A stretch of 64,000 bases of DNA from Pseudogymnoascus verrucosus (GCA_001662655.1 KV460209.1), one strand, 5' to 3'; positions 34,610 through 46,143 are shown, numbered from the stretch's first letter. Notes: generated by a model from the letters alone, not told the origin. A program made the numbers and translations.

Positions 34610-34870
34610 GCGGGGTGAGTGGGGCTGGGAGTCGGATGGGAACAACGTGCGGGGTTCGGACGTGAGCTCCGGGTGGAGATGGGAAACTTGGATTCGTCCC
34701 ACTTCCCCATACTCTAAGATCTCCGAAATTCCAAACCTCCAAAAGCTATAGACGCAACTTTTGTCTTTGAGCATGGCATAATCCTCAAACTTTCCTATTG
34801 CATTGAACTCTAGCTGCTGTAACCTAACACTCTAAATCTCACTTTTTTTATATATCTCGATTTTCAAACA

Positions 34871-36634
34871 ATGTCTTACCACGAACAACATCTACAGAGC
34901 GTAAGTAGGCCCATGCTCATTCAAGCAACCTGGGCGTGCGGATAGCTAATCCAAGCCCTTTGTGACTACAGTTGAAGGACAGGAGCCTGTTCTGCGGAGA
35001 TGCATTCATCGACGGACAATGGGTCTCCAAAGAAAAGAAGTTCGATGTCTACGGTCCGTACTCCCGTAGGCTAGCCATCATCTTTCACCATACTCATGTT
35101 GAATAGAGCCCTCATCAGTCGCCGTCTTGGGCCAGGTATCGGACTGCAATCTCGAGGATTTTCAGAAAGCCGTCCAGAGTGCGAATGAGGCACAGCGTAA
35201 CTTCTATGAAAGTACAACGGGAACAGCAAGGGGAGCACTGTTGAGGAAATGGAACAACTTGATCCTGGAGAACCAGGATGATCGTAAGTATATACAACTT
35301 TGACTGAGCTAAGATACATCCTAACATGACTTACAATAGTTGCGACGATCCTTTCGCTCGAAAATGGCAAGACTTTGAGCGAGGCCAAGGGTGAAGTCAT
35401 CTACGCCGCTAGTTTCATATCATGGTTTGCCGAAGAAGCCACTCGATCCTACGGCACTACTATTCCATCATCTACTTCTCATGCAACTCTCATGACCGTC
35501 CGCGAGCCAGTCGGCGTGTGCGGAATCATCACACCCTGGAACTTCCCTGCAGCCATGATCACTAGGAAAGTAGGTCCGGCTCTCGCTGCCGGCTGCTCCG
35601 TCGTCATTAAGCCACCCAGCGAGACACCGTACACTTGCATTGCCCTCACCAAGCTGGCCGTCAAAGCTGGTCTGCCTCCCGCAATAATCCAAGTGTGTCC
35701 TACCAAGGACAGGCAGGCTGCTACCGAGCTAGCCACGAACCCTCTAGTGAAGAAACTCAGCTTCACAGGCTCGACAAACGTGGGCAAGATGTTAGCCAAG
35801 CTGGCGACTGGTACCTTGAAGAAAGTCAGCCTCGAGTTGGGCGGTAACGCTCCATTCATCGTTTTTGACGATGCGAATCTCGATCTGGCTGTGGAGGGTG
35901 CCATGTTCTGCAAGTTCCGTTGCACGGGGCAGACATGTGTTTGGTAGGACTATCTTCCCCCCCACTTTCTATACATGTGTATACTACGCACTACACTCTG
36001 CGGGCAAGTGGACTATGTACATAATTCTAACGGTGACTTTAGCGCGAATCGGATTTATGTACAGAAAGGTGTGGCCAAGGCTTTCACTGAGAAATTAGTG
36101 GAGGCTGTAAAAGCGCTTAAGGTGGGACCGGGTTTGGATTCAGCTACAACCCAAGGCCCATTAGTAAACAAAAATGCTGTTGAAAAGGTCAAGGAGCACG
36201 TAGAGGACGCAGTCTCCAAGGGCGCGAGTATTGAGGTTGGCGGCCAGTCATCCCTATCCTCCGGGTTCTTCTACGATCCCACTGTGCTCTCCGGAGTGAC
36301 CCCAGATATGATGGTCAGCCGAGAGGAAACGTTCGGCCCGCTCGCTCCAATATTTCAATTTGAGACCGAGAAAGAGGTCTTGCAACTCGCTAATGACAGC
36401 GAATTTGGGCTGGCCGGATATTTCTTTTCTCAGGACATCGCGCGAGCAATGCGAGTAGCACAGAAGTTGGAAGTTGGAATGGTAGGCGTGAATACTGGAA
36501 AGATTAGCGCGGCCGAGGCGCCCTTTGGGGGCATTAAGGAGAGCGGCTACGGCAAGGAGGGCAGCCTTTATGGTCTTGCAGAGTACCAAAATATCAAGAG
36601 CATCACCATTGGCAACCAGAATGCTGGGCTCTGA
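34871..36634 (+). CDS. Succinate-semialdehyde-dehydrogenase-like aldehyde dehydrogenase; 5 exons
   Basis: ITPWNFPAAMITRK, SFTGSTNVG, LELGGNAP, KFRCTGQTCV/CANR (catalytic Cys), EETFGP and PFGGIKESGYGKEGS. Confidence 0.93.
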
Positions 36635-36885
36635 ATGGAACACGAATATAAATAGCAATTTTAGTCTGCTTATAACTTTCACTATCTTCTTCGCACGTTA
36701 TAGTCATTTCGTTCCTGGAGTATTTGACAAGCGACTGAACGAATGTAGAGACCAGTGAAAGAATTCAAGCTTTTCACCGCGGAGTAGCCTTGCCCCATCA
36801 ATCCACCATTTGCTATTGCCGATAGATGTTGCTGGAAATGCTGCTATGCAGGGATCCGGCCTGGACAGAGTTCCATGGCCAAGCT

Positions 36886-36901
36886 CGGATTATGGCTTCC
36901 G
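36886..36901. promoter_or_regulatory. CGG-N10-CCG candidate Zn2Cys6 site
   Basis: CGGATTATGGCTTCCG upstream of the tartrate dehydrogenase. Confidence 0.65.
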
Positions 36902-37046
36902 CTATTCGGGAGTGGAAGACATAATCATCTTCCGATGCCGCGCTCGCAAAAGACTACATCTTAAAGGTTGTTAGATTAGATGTTGCTTTTCACTTTATAG
37001 ACTTTCACACTTTGAAACGACAGCAACTCCACGCAGAAGCCTCATT

Positions 37047-38288
37047 ATGTCGTTAAGGCAGAACGGTGTTCGCACGCACAAGATTGCTTCTATCCCCGGG
37101 GACGGTATAGGGGTAGAAGTAATAGAACAGACGATCAAGGTTCTCCGGACCATAGAGGCACTGTTCAGCTCATTCACTTTAGAAATCGACACTCTGGACT
37201 GGAGCTCGAAGCGATACTTAGAGCAAGGCAAATACATTCCCGCAGATGGCTGGCAGAGATTAAGTGTCAACGATGCCATCTTGTTTGGTGCTGTTGGATC
37301 ACCTGGTATGTGCTCGGTCAAGAAGGGAGGATATTTTCAATCCAGAGGTCACATATCTAACATTTTTTCTTAGATGTGCCCGATGATATCTCCCTGTGGA
37401 ACCTGATTCTGCCGCTTCGAAAAAAAGTGATAACTCTTAAGACAATTCATATCAGACCAGCAGCTGACAGTAGCTCAGTTGAATCAATACATCAACCTTC
37501 GTCCAATCCGGATTCTGCCTGGGATTTCAGCTCCGCTAAAGGGCTGCGCAGATAGCGACCTAGACTGGATCATTGTCCGGGAGAATAGCGAGGGTGAATA
37601 CGCTGGCCAGGGCGGCATCACGCACGATGATACCCCGAACACCATTGCGAACGAAGTCGCCGTCTTCACCAGGGCTGGTATCGAACGCACCATGCACTTC
37701 GCATTCAAAGTCGCTCGAGACAGACCCCGAAAGAAACTAACCATGGTAACTAAGAGCAACGCCCAGAGATACGGCATGGTCTTGTGGGATAAGGTCTTTT
37801 ATGAGGTTGCAAAGGAGTATCCGGATGTAGAGACAGACAAGATGCTTGTAGATGCCATGACAGTGCGGATGGTGCTGAAGCCCAAGTCGCTCGACACCAT
37901 TGTAGCTACCAACCTCCACGGAGACATTCTGTCGGATTTGGCCGCCGCACTGGCTGGCAGCATTGGGGTTGCTGCTTCCAGCAGTCTAGACCCAACGAGG
38001 CAGAACCCCAGCTTGTTCGAGCCGATCCACGGAAGTGCTCCAGACATAGCAGGTCAGGGTATTGCTAATCCCGTCGGGGCGTTTTGGAGCGCTGCCGAAA
38101 TGCTCCGCTGGCTTGGAGAAGGCGCGGCGGCGGACCTCTTGATGAAGGCCATTGAGACTGTTACAGCCTCTGGTGCTAAGACAAGGGATTTGGGGGGTGC
38201 ATATGATCTTGCTCAAGTCACTGAAGCAGTCATTGTGGAGATGAAGAGGTCATTCAGCAATGCCAGGAAAATCGTGTCTAAAATCTAA
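37047..38288 (+). CDS. Tartrate dehydrogenase/decarboxylase (D-malate dehydrogenase; TtuC/DmlA branch of the LeuB/ICDH family); 3 exons
   Basis: IPGDGIG, ILFGAVGSP/DVPDDISLW, NQYINLRP, RENSEGEYAG, TKSNAQ, NLHGDILSDLAAALAGSIG and FEPIHGSAPDIAG. Confidence 0.9.
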
Positions 38289-38749
38289 TCTAAGAGTTTG
38301 GTTAAATTATTACATTACAATTGATATTCCTCCTTGGTATTGTCCCTTCTGACAGTGTCCTCGGAGGGTAGTTCGCTGGGGGTATATTATTAGAGTTATT
38401 TTGATGTTCCATTCTTAATCTTCTTTAACTGTTGTATTGTCGTAACTGTATGGCATTATCTCTAACCCCGGAAAATTGATTGACTACAAAAGTGCAAAAT
38501 CCAGCATTGGCTGGCTTAGCGAAATCGATAGCGATAATACCCCATTAGAACTCAAATCCCCACTATTCTCACTGTCGTCGGCGACGTAAGTGCTGGCCCC
38601 CCGATGCCTACGGTACCGGGCGAGTATACTCGTGTTATCATACCGTTTAGGTCTATCTTCGTAGCAAAGCCTAGACCATTGTTGCCCACGGGCAGTCATC
38701 TCGGAGGGAATTTCCGTTAATGTGCATATGTATGAGCGGCGGCCCTATG

Positions 38750-38765
38750 CGGAAACTGAATTCCG
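38750..38765. promoter_or_regulatory. CGG-N10-CCG candidate Zn2Cys6 site
   Basis: CGGAAACTGAATTCCG upstream of the aldo-keto reductase. Confidence 0.65.
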
Positions 38766-38863
38766 GCATCGTTTCATGAAGGACTAGGTATAGGTAGTAG
38801 TAATATGGACGCAGCCGTAACGCAGTTATGAGAAGCACGACACCTTGTACCCACTTCGCAAAT

Positions 38864-39905
38864 ATGGCACCCTCATACTTCAAACTGAACACAGGAGCCA
38901 ACATCCCTGCCCTAGGCCTCGGCACCTGGCAATCTGGACCAGGAGAGGTCAAAAATGCCGTGTCGTACGCGCTCCGTACCGGCTACAAGCTCATCGACTG
39001 CGCTTTCTGTTACGGCAATGAGTCTGAGGTTGGGGAAGGTATCAAGGAGGCTCTGGACTCAGGTGCCGTAAAGAGAGAAGATTTCTTCGTCACTAGCAAG
39101 ATGTGGTGTACCTTCTCGTCCAGGGTAGAGGAAAACCTCGACATGAGCTTGAAGGCTTTAGGGCTCGACTATGTCGATCTCTATCTTATACATTGGCCAG
39201 TGGCCATGAATCCTCACGGTATGGATGTACAGCTCAGTTGTATGGCCATTTAGGCTGACATGAGAACTTGTTGGTTGTAGGCAACGATATCAAATTTCCC
39301 ACGCATCCAGATGGCTCCCGTGATCTTGACTTGTCATGGTCACACATCCAGACCTGGAAACAGATGGAGGATCTAGTCGGAACGGAAAAGGTGAAGGCGA
39401 TAGGGGTGTGCAACTACAGTCTGAAGTATCTAGAGGAGTTGGTTTCCCATGCCACCGTGGTCCCTGCGGTTAATCAGATTGAGAACCACCCCTACCTACC
39501 ACAAACCGAGGTGGTGTCTTTCTGCAATTCTAGAGGCATCCAAATCATGGCATACTCACCTCTTGGGAGCGCCGGATCCCCTCTGATGAAAGAGTCACTT
39601 GTGCAGGCTATTGCTGCGAAGCATGGACTATCTCCCGCCACTGTTCTCCTAAGCTATCACAGTCTGTCCTCCCCTGCTCCTATCGTCTTATTATATTTAA
39701 TGCTGATACATGATCCTTAGACAAACGCGGCAGCATTGTAATCGCTAAGTCTGTACAGGAGAGTCGAATTGACCAGAATAATAAAATCATTGACCTAGAT
39801 GCAGACGACATGGAAGCTCTAGAAAACATCTACAAGTCAGCTGGGATCAGGAGATATGTATATCCGGCCTTCAATGTAGACTTTGGCTTTCCAGATAAAT
39901 CTTAG
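38864..39905 (+). CDS. Aldo-keto reductase resembling Trichoderma GAR1-type NADPH D-galacturonate/D-glucuronate reductase; 3 exons
   Basis: GLGTWQS, GYKLIDCAFCYGNE, LIHWP, AVNQIENHP, IAKSV and C-terminus RYVYPAFNVDFGFPDKS*. The AKR call is firm; the GAR1-subfamily match is from memory. Confidence 0.85.
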
Positions 39906-40200
39906 ATAGATATTGATAGCGTGGTTACATAGTACATAGCTGACTCTGTCGGATGTCCAAATACTGATCAGCAATGGATTCAAATGAGATCTTGTTACTG
40001 CCTGCTTCTTAGAGATATGTGTGTATTCCATGAGATGGGCTAGTATAAGTAAGGATACAGTGCTATATTGTGTAACAGAGAAAACTTGGCCTGCCAAAAG
40101 TTCAAACCCCTCAGATAACTCAACTCTATCCGCTATATATGACATATAGTTGTTTGTGAGCCTAAAGAATACAGCGAATGTCTGTCTAGACCTAGCAACT

Positions 40201-41946
40201 TCATACATGCTGTATCTGGCCCATAAGGGTCTGCTCAGCCGAAGCGGCTGCAATCCTCATGAAATCCTTCTCTTCCTGCCCGCTTTTATCCCCAAACATG
40301 ATGTCCATCTGTTCTAGAGTCTTGCCCTTTGTCTCCGGGACGAGAAGCAACGCCCAGAGACCGGAAAGACCACAGAAAAAGGCGAAAAAAATATAGGTCC
40401 CGTAACCAATAGTTTCAAGCATGGGAGGGGTGGCGATTCCAACGGTGAAGTTGGAAAGCCAGTTAACGCACACAGAAAGAGCCACACCCTTCGCGCGCTT
40501 AGAATTTGGGAACACCTCCGGGGGCAGGCTCCACCCCAAGGGCGAGTAGGAAACGCCATAAACCATAATGAAGCAGAAGGCCATGGCGACTGCTGCCCAG
40601 CCAGCAGCCGGGTTTGCTGACCAGTTCTTTGAGTAGACTCCAGCAATAGCAGCAATGACGACGTAGCAGATGCAGGAGCCAAACCCTCCCACGATGGCAA
40701 GTGGCCTTCGTCCCACCTTATCGATGACAACGAAGCAGACTCCGACAGCGACAAGCTGCAATACATTAAAGACTCCCGATAGAGTAAGCGCCATCTCGGG
40801 CGACTGCCCTATAGATTGGAAAAGGGTGGGTGCGTAGTAGATGAAAGCGTTGATGCCAGAAAACTGCTGGAAGAAGCAGACTCCGCAGCCCACCACGGTT
40901 CTGCGCCACATCTTGCGGTCGAAAAGATCAAGCCACGAGAGCACCTCAAGCTTGAAAGAGCCAGTTCCCGGGTGTCTTTGTGCCAAGACCATCTTATTGA
41001 ATTCGACCTCGGCGACGATGCCCTTGAACTCCTTTTGGACGCGGCTGTCGGAAGGGGGCAGACGCCGCAGCTTTGATAGACTGGTTAGGCATTCTTCGTT
41101 GCGGCCGACGAGAGCGAGCCATCGGGGCGAGTAAGGGAAGAGGTGGATAGCAACACCTAGAAATGTGGCGCAGAGCATTTGCAATCCCAGGGGGAGCCTA
41201 AACGAGACTTCGCTGGAGATGAATCGTGTACCGTAGGTGATCCAGAATGCAATGACGACGCCAGACACAATGGAGATGGACTCGAGCACGAGAAGTGTTC
41301 CTCGTAGATTTGGCGGAGAGATCTCAGAGATGTATAGCGGCGCGCCCTGTGTTATATCCCCATTAGCTTTCCGTACAAAAGCACGCATTTTCAAAACAAC
41401 AACTTTACAGAGTACATGTTTACATACCATTGCAAGCGTACCAACTCCAATACCTCCAATAGCTCTTCCAACAACCAGGGCACTGTAGCTCTGAGCCGCG
41501 GTCTGGATGATGGCGCCGATGTCGAATATAATAACCACAACGGTCAGGGCCCACTTACGCGAGATCCTGTCAGCCAGGTACGGCATGAAGATGCAGCCTA
41601 TAAAAGCGCCGAGCAGCAGCATGGCAGTCATGAGGCTAGTGCCAAACGCAGTCTTCGTCTGGGGGAAGGCGTCTTGGAACTGTTCCATAACGTTGATAAT
41701 CGAGATGACGCCCTGGTCGTAGCCGAAGGAGAAGCCGCCCAGCGAGGCGAGGAAGGCGGCACCGAAGACGTATGAGTTGCCAATCAGCCCACGGATGCCG
41801 TTTGGCCCATACGCCAAGTTCTCGGCGAAGATATCATCAGCCTCCAGGTCGGTCATGGTCTTGTTCTCGGAGCGTTCCACATGCTCGCTTTGGACCCTTT
41901 CTTCAGGCGTCACAGTATCCGAGTCGAGCTTCTTGTCTATGGACAT
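40201..41946 (-). CDS. Sugar porter (MFS) family transporter; one in-frame intron at about 41349-41427
   Basis: LGGFSFGYDQG, ADRISRK, PLYISEISP, PYSPRWL, QQFSGINAFIYY, DKVGRR and VPETKGKTLE. Confidence 0.95.
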   Translation of the reverse strand: MSIDKKLDSDTVTPEERVQSEHVERSENKTMTDLEADDIFAENLAYGPNGIRGLIGNSYVFGAAFLASLGGFSFGYDQGVISIINVMEQFQDAFPQTKTAFGTSLMTAMLLLGAFIGCIFMPYLADRISRKWALTVVVIIFDIGAIIQTAAQSYSALVVGRAIGGIGVGTLAMVCKHVLCKVVVLKMRAFVRKANGDITQGAPLYISEISPPNLRGTLLVLESISIVSGVVIAFWITYGTRFISSEVSFRLPLGLQMLCATFLGVAIHLFPYSPRWLALVGRNEECLTSLSKLRRLPPSDSRVQKEFKGIVAEVEFNKMVLAQRHPGTGSFKLEVLSWLDLFDRKMWRRTVVGCGVCFFQQFSGINAFIYYAPTLFQSIGQSPEMALTLSGVFNVLQLVAVGVCFVVIDKVGRRPLAIVGGFGSCICYVVIAAIAGVYSKNWSANPAAGWAAVAMAFCFIMVYGVSYSPLGWSLPPEVFPNSKRAKGVALSVCVNWLSNFTVGIATPPMLETIGYGTYIFFAFFCGLSGLWALLLVPETKGKTLEQMDIMFGDKSGQEEKDFMRIAAASAEQTLMGQIQHV

Positions 41947-42479
41947 GGCGGACAGAGATTAGATACCTATTTGGCTCTGTTGATAAGTTGTTTTTTTCAT
42001 GCATATATAGAAGTAAGGAAGGTGTGGCAGGTAGAAGATGATAAAGTTGTCGTGGCAGATAAGTGAGACTATCAATTCTTATATCATTTTGAGACTGTGG
42101 GGTCCCCATAGTTGGGGAAGGCCGCTTAGATTGAATGAGACTAAAACAGTCGTGAGTTCGGATATCTCCACTCGGGTCGTAAGGGGGCTGATCATGGAAA
42201 CCAAATTCCGAGATGCGGCCCATCAGAAACCGGGCCTATTCGTATGCCAACGCGGGGTGGCCAATATTAACTAGACTAAAAAGGAATCTAGTTGGCCCCA
42301 CCTTCCCCGGAATTTGCAACGGCTCGCTATCAAGAGCCGGCACACTCACAATACTAACTAATCGTCATGACCAACTTTTCGCTTCGCTCAAGGTTGGAGG
42401 AAGCCATGTGCGTGGTCGAAGAATGGAGGGTAAGCGATATGCATAGTTTAAACCTAAATTTTATAAGTCATTTTGCATA

Positions 42480-45466
42480 ACGTACTTGCATAGCGAGCGG
42501 AACATCATAGCGAGCGGAACACTTTTTCCTAAAATGTAACCATATAACTTAAACATCACTTTTCTCAACTAATTATTATAGAATCTTCTTTAGTTAAAAG
42601 CTATACTATCCTTGCTATTTAAGCTTTAAAAAAAGACCCTAAACTCTCTATATAAGACGCTATAAAGATCTATGAAATACCTATGACAACTTTATACTAT
42701 TAACATGTTAGATAATAATTATAACATAATATGTTATCTAATTTAAGGAAGCTTATAGATCTAGAGGAGTTAGTTATTATTTAATGTATACTTAACCTAG
42801 ATTTATAAGGATTTTAACCCTAATAGAGCAATGTTTAAGAAATAGCTAATTACCTTTATATAGACTAAAACGTATTACTAGTTAGACTATAATAGGTAGA
42901 GAACTTTATAAAGTGCTACCTATAGCTTAAGATAGCTTTTTAATACTAAATTAATTATTAAAGGGCTAAATGTAAAGATCCTAATGTTATATAGGCCTAG
43001 TTTATACTTATATAGAATGTTATTACTAAGTATAGTATCTAAGAGGTAGATATCTATAACTTTAATAAGACTAGGTTTTTAATAGGTATACTCTTAAGTA
43101 TAAAGGTAGTTATAAGCTCTAAATAATGTAGTAAGCCTTATATAAAGTAGCTAGGTAATTAGGAATAGGTTATAGTAATCTAGGGTATATATATAACTAG
43201 CTAGGTAGTACCTTTATATATAGTTGTTAAAGGTAAATATTACCTCTTACCCTACTAATTCCTAAAGGATTAGAGGATTTATATAAGTAATAATAGTTAG
43301 ATAATAAATAAGATTAGGTTAGATTAGATAAAACACTTTAATAAGTATATAAAGGGTTATATAATAGGTATAAATTATCTATTAATACTTAATAGTTATA
43401 AAAGTCATTACTTAGCTCTCTTTAAGGACTATTATTAATAGAATTATATTATAATACTCTATAACGTATTTCACAAGCGACTTGCCTACACAAGCGACTC
43501 GCCCACTAAAACACTAAAACGCGTCAACTTGACAAATGTAAACATGCCACAACCAACACAAGCCTAATCCTCTAATCAAGAGGATTGAATACTATTGGCT
43601 ATTAATGCAATCAAACAAGGCCAATTTCGAAGTGTTCGAGCAGCTGCAGCTTTGTACGATATCCCCTAAACGACCTTACGCGATCAGATTCACAGAATGG
43701 CTTCTCAACGCGATTCTATTCCTAAATCACAGAATCTGACTTCGTACGAAGAGTCAGCTCTCGTTTAGTACATTCTCGACCTAGATTCACGTGGATTTCC
43801 GCCCTAGCTGCAAGCTGTACAAGAAATGGCTGACCTTCTACTCTCCGAACGAGGCAAGAGCCCTGTTAGGAAGAATTAGACTACTAACTTCATAAAGCGT
43901 CGTACAGAAATTAAAGCAAAGTTTAGTCGGAAGTATAACTATAAACGAGCAAAATGCGAAGATCTGAAGATAATTAAAGGGTGGTTCTCCCTTATACGAA
44001 ACATAATTACAAAATACGGAATCTTAGAGCAGGACATCTACAACTTTAATAAAGTAGGTTTCACAATAGGAGTTATTGCTACTGCAAAAGTAGTTACAAG
44101 CTTAGAAGCAAAGAGCCGTCTAAAGACTATACAGCCTAGAAATAGAGAGTAGGTGTTAATTATTTAAGGTGTTAATTCGTATAGATGGGCACTCCCGCCA
44201 TTCATCATTTTCAAGGCGTAGAATCACCTCTCTGCTTAGTACGAGGACTTAGGATTACTACACAACTAGGTAATTACACTAAGTAAGAATAGGTGGACTT
44301 CAAATTCAATTAGGTACAAGTGGATTCAACACTTCAATCGGCATACAAATGCTTGTACGGTTGGAACCTATCGCCTTCTTATTCTTAATGGGCATGAGAG
44401 CTACCTCTCTGCTTAATTTCAACACTACTATATAGAACGGAAGATAATTACCCTCTATATACCACTACACTCGTTGCACATTCTTTAGCCTCTTGATGTA
44501 AGCTGCTTTGCGCTACTAAAGCTCTCGTACGGAAAGCAGATTGAAACCTTCGTACGAAACCAGCTAAACCACATTACAAAGCTCAAGTTCCTCTCTACAT
44601 TCAAAGAAGCATTCAAAGCTACATTTATAGAGCAGAACATTAAGAGCGGATTCTAGGCTATAGGGCTAGTTCTATACGAGCTACAGACTGTCCTCTCTTA
44701 CTTAAATCTACACTTAAGGACTCTAACTCCTCCTATAGTTGAGAGTAGCAATTAGACTTCAAAGACTCCTCAAACTATACGGGAGCTTAACTTTTAAATA
44801 GAGCACATTAAGAACTGCATCGTACGACATCAGAACAGCTCTCCTACCTCAATTAATGATGCTATTAGCTGCCTTGTTAAAGGGGCAGAAATGATGATGC
44901 ATTCTGCTATTCTACTCAAGGCAGAGGTTAAGGCTCTACAGGCTGCAAATGAACAGAAAAAGAGGAGGGAAAGGAAGCGTAAGAGGCGTATAATGCAAGG
45001 GGGCAGTCTTTCTGTACGAGAGGGAGAGGATATCCTTTAGAGTGCTGAGGTTGATGCTCAACTCCGTACGGAGGTGGCAAGTGAGACTACTCGGCAGGTG
45101 GGTTCTATAGGCCGACAGCGGCGATGTGGCACATGTGGTAATATGGGGCATAATGCTCGTACGTGCGAGAGGCGCTAGGAATCAATTGCAATAGAATAAG
45201 GGTTATTATATAAGGTGGTGGTAGTGTAGTAGTAGTAATAGTCATATTCTAGTGTTTTGGTGGGCGAGTCGCTTGTGTGGGCGAGTCGCTTGTGAAATAC
45301 GTTATACTTCCTTATTTATCTTATTTCCTTTAACCTCTTAATATTAGCTGTTTTATATTACTTAAAAGCTTATATAATAATGTATATATATAATTAAAGC
45401 ACTAAATAAGCAAAAGTGCTAAAATATTATAACTAGTCTTACTATACTTACTATATGTAAGTATAT
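42480..45466 (+). mobile_element. Outer pogo/Fot1-like element, heavily RIP-mutated and internally deleted, interrupted by a second pogo element
   Basis: TA followed by left TIR ACGTACTTGCATAGCGAGCGGAACATCATAGCGAGCGGAACA. Relic transposase with IYNF(D/E)TGF-like and (Q)PL(D)-like segments on either side of the insertion. Probable mutated right TIR ...ATGTAAGTATAT at about 45466. Confidence 0.75.
43464..45302 (+). mobile_element. Inner pogo/Fot1-like (Tc1/mariner) DNA transposon, full length, with stops
   Basis: TA duplicated on both sides. TIRs ACGTATTTCACAAGCGAC... / ...GTCGCTTGTGAAATACGT. Transposase motifs DLDSRGF, YKRAKCED, LLILNGHES, PHSLHIL*PLDVSCF and a C-terminal CGTCG..GHNARTC knuckle. 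Confidence 0.95.
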
Positions 45467-45471
45467 AGGGC

Positions 45472-45759
45472 ACTATATTATAAGAAGTTGCATATAGGAG
45501 TATAAGTTAGATAGAAGTTAGTATAATCCTATAGGTCTACTATAAAGGATACTAAAAAAGATAAGGATGTAACCCTCTATAGCTATTCCCTTAAAATACC
45601 TAAAACTACTCTAACTTAGCTAACTCCCTATTTGCCTAAGGCTTCCTTACTATATGCCTAAGGCTTGTAGTTGTAATTAAACTATAACAGCCCTAAGTCT
45701 TAAGGGCGCTACGTAACGACCATAACTACCCTAAGTAAGGAGGCATCCTTATAATATCA
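45472..45759 (+). repeat. Solo-LTR-like repeat, copy 2
   Basis: Same orientation as 15853-16085 and a near-identical first 80-110 bp. Confidence 0.7.
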
Positions 45760-46143
45760 CTACGTAGGTAAGGTATGATAATAAAGCATATAAGAGCCCA
45801 TTTACAGCTTTTTATAAAGGTTGAGCTGTCTACAGTCACTGCCACCGAGCAGAATCGCTAAAGCCATAGTTGAGTTAGCACTAACGTTGCGACTGTAGCG
45901 GATACGGCCTAATTCGGAAGGGTGGGTGCAGGGATGTGTGTAGCCTAAGGTAGCGGAAAAATCGCTCATCGTGATTCCAGGGTGGTTCAGGTTATATTCG
46001 CCCTCTACTGTGCGTAAATAAATTGTGTGTGTGTACGTACCGATAGAGGAACAATCCGCTGCTCACGCCACTGCCCCCTACATTGTCCTTTCCATCACTC
46101 GATCTTCTTCCCAACCCGTCAGAGTCAGCGCTGGTTACGGCCT

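Noticed and set aside
34871..36634. Housekeeping GABA-shunt SSADH
   Set aside because: No GABA transaminase or permease is adjacent, and it shares the cluster motif. It is kept as SSADH-like with open specificity, though SSA activity is not excluded.
17011..41946. Secondary-metabolite biosynthetic cluster
   Set aside because: There is no PKS, NRPS, terpene synthase or prenyltransferase, and the transporter is an uptake-type sugar porter.
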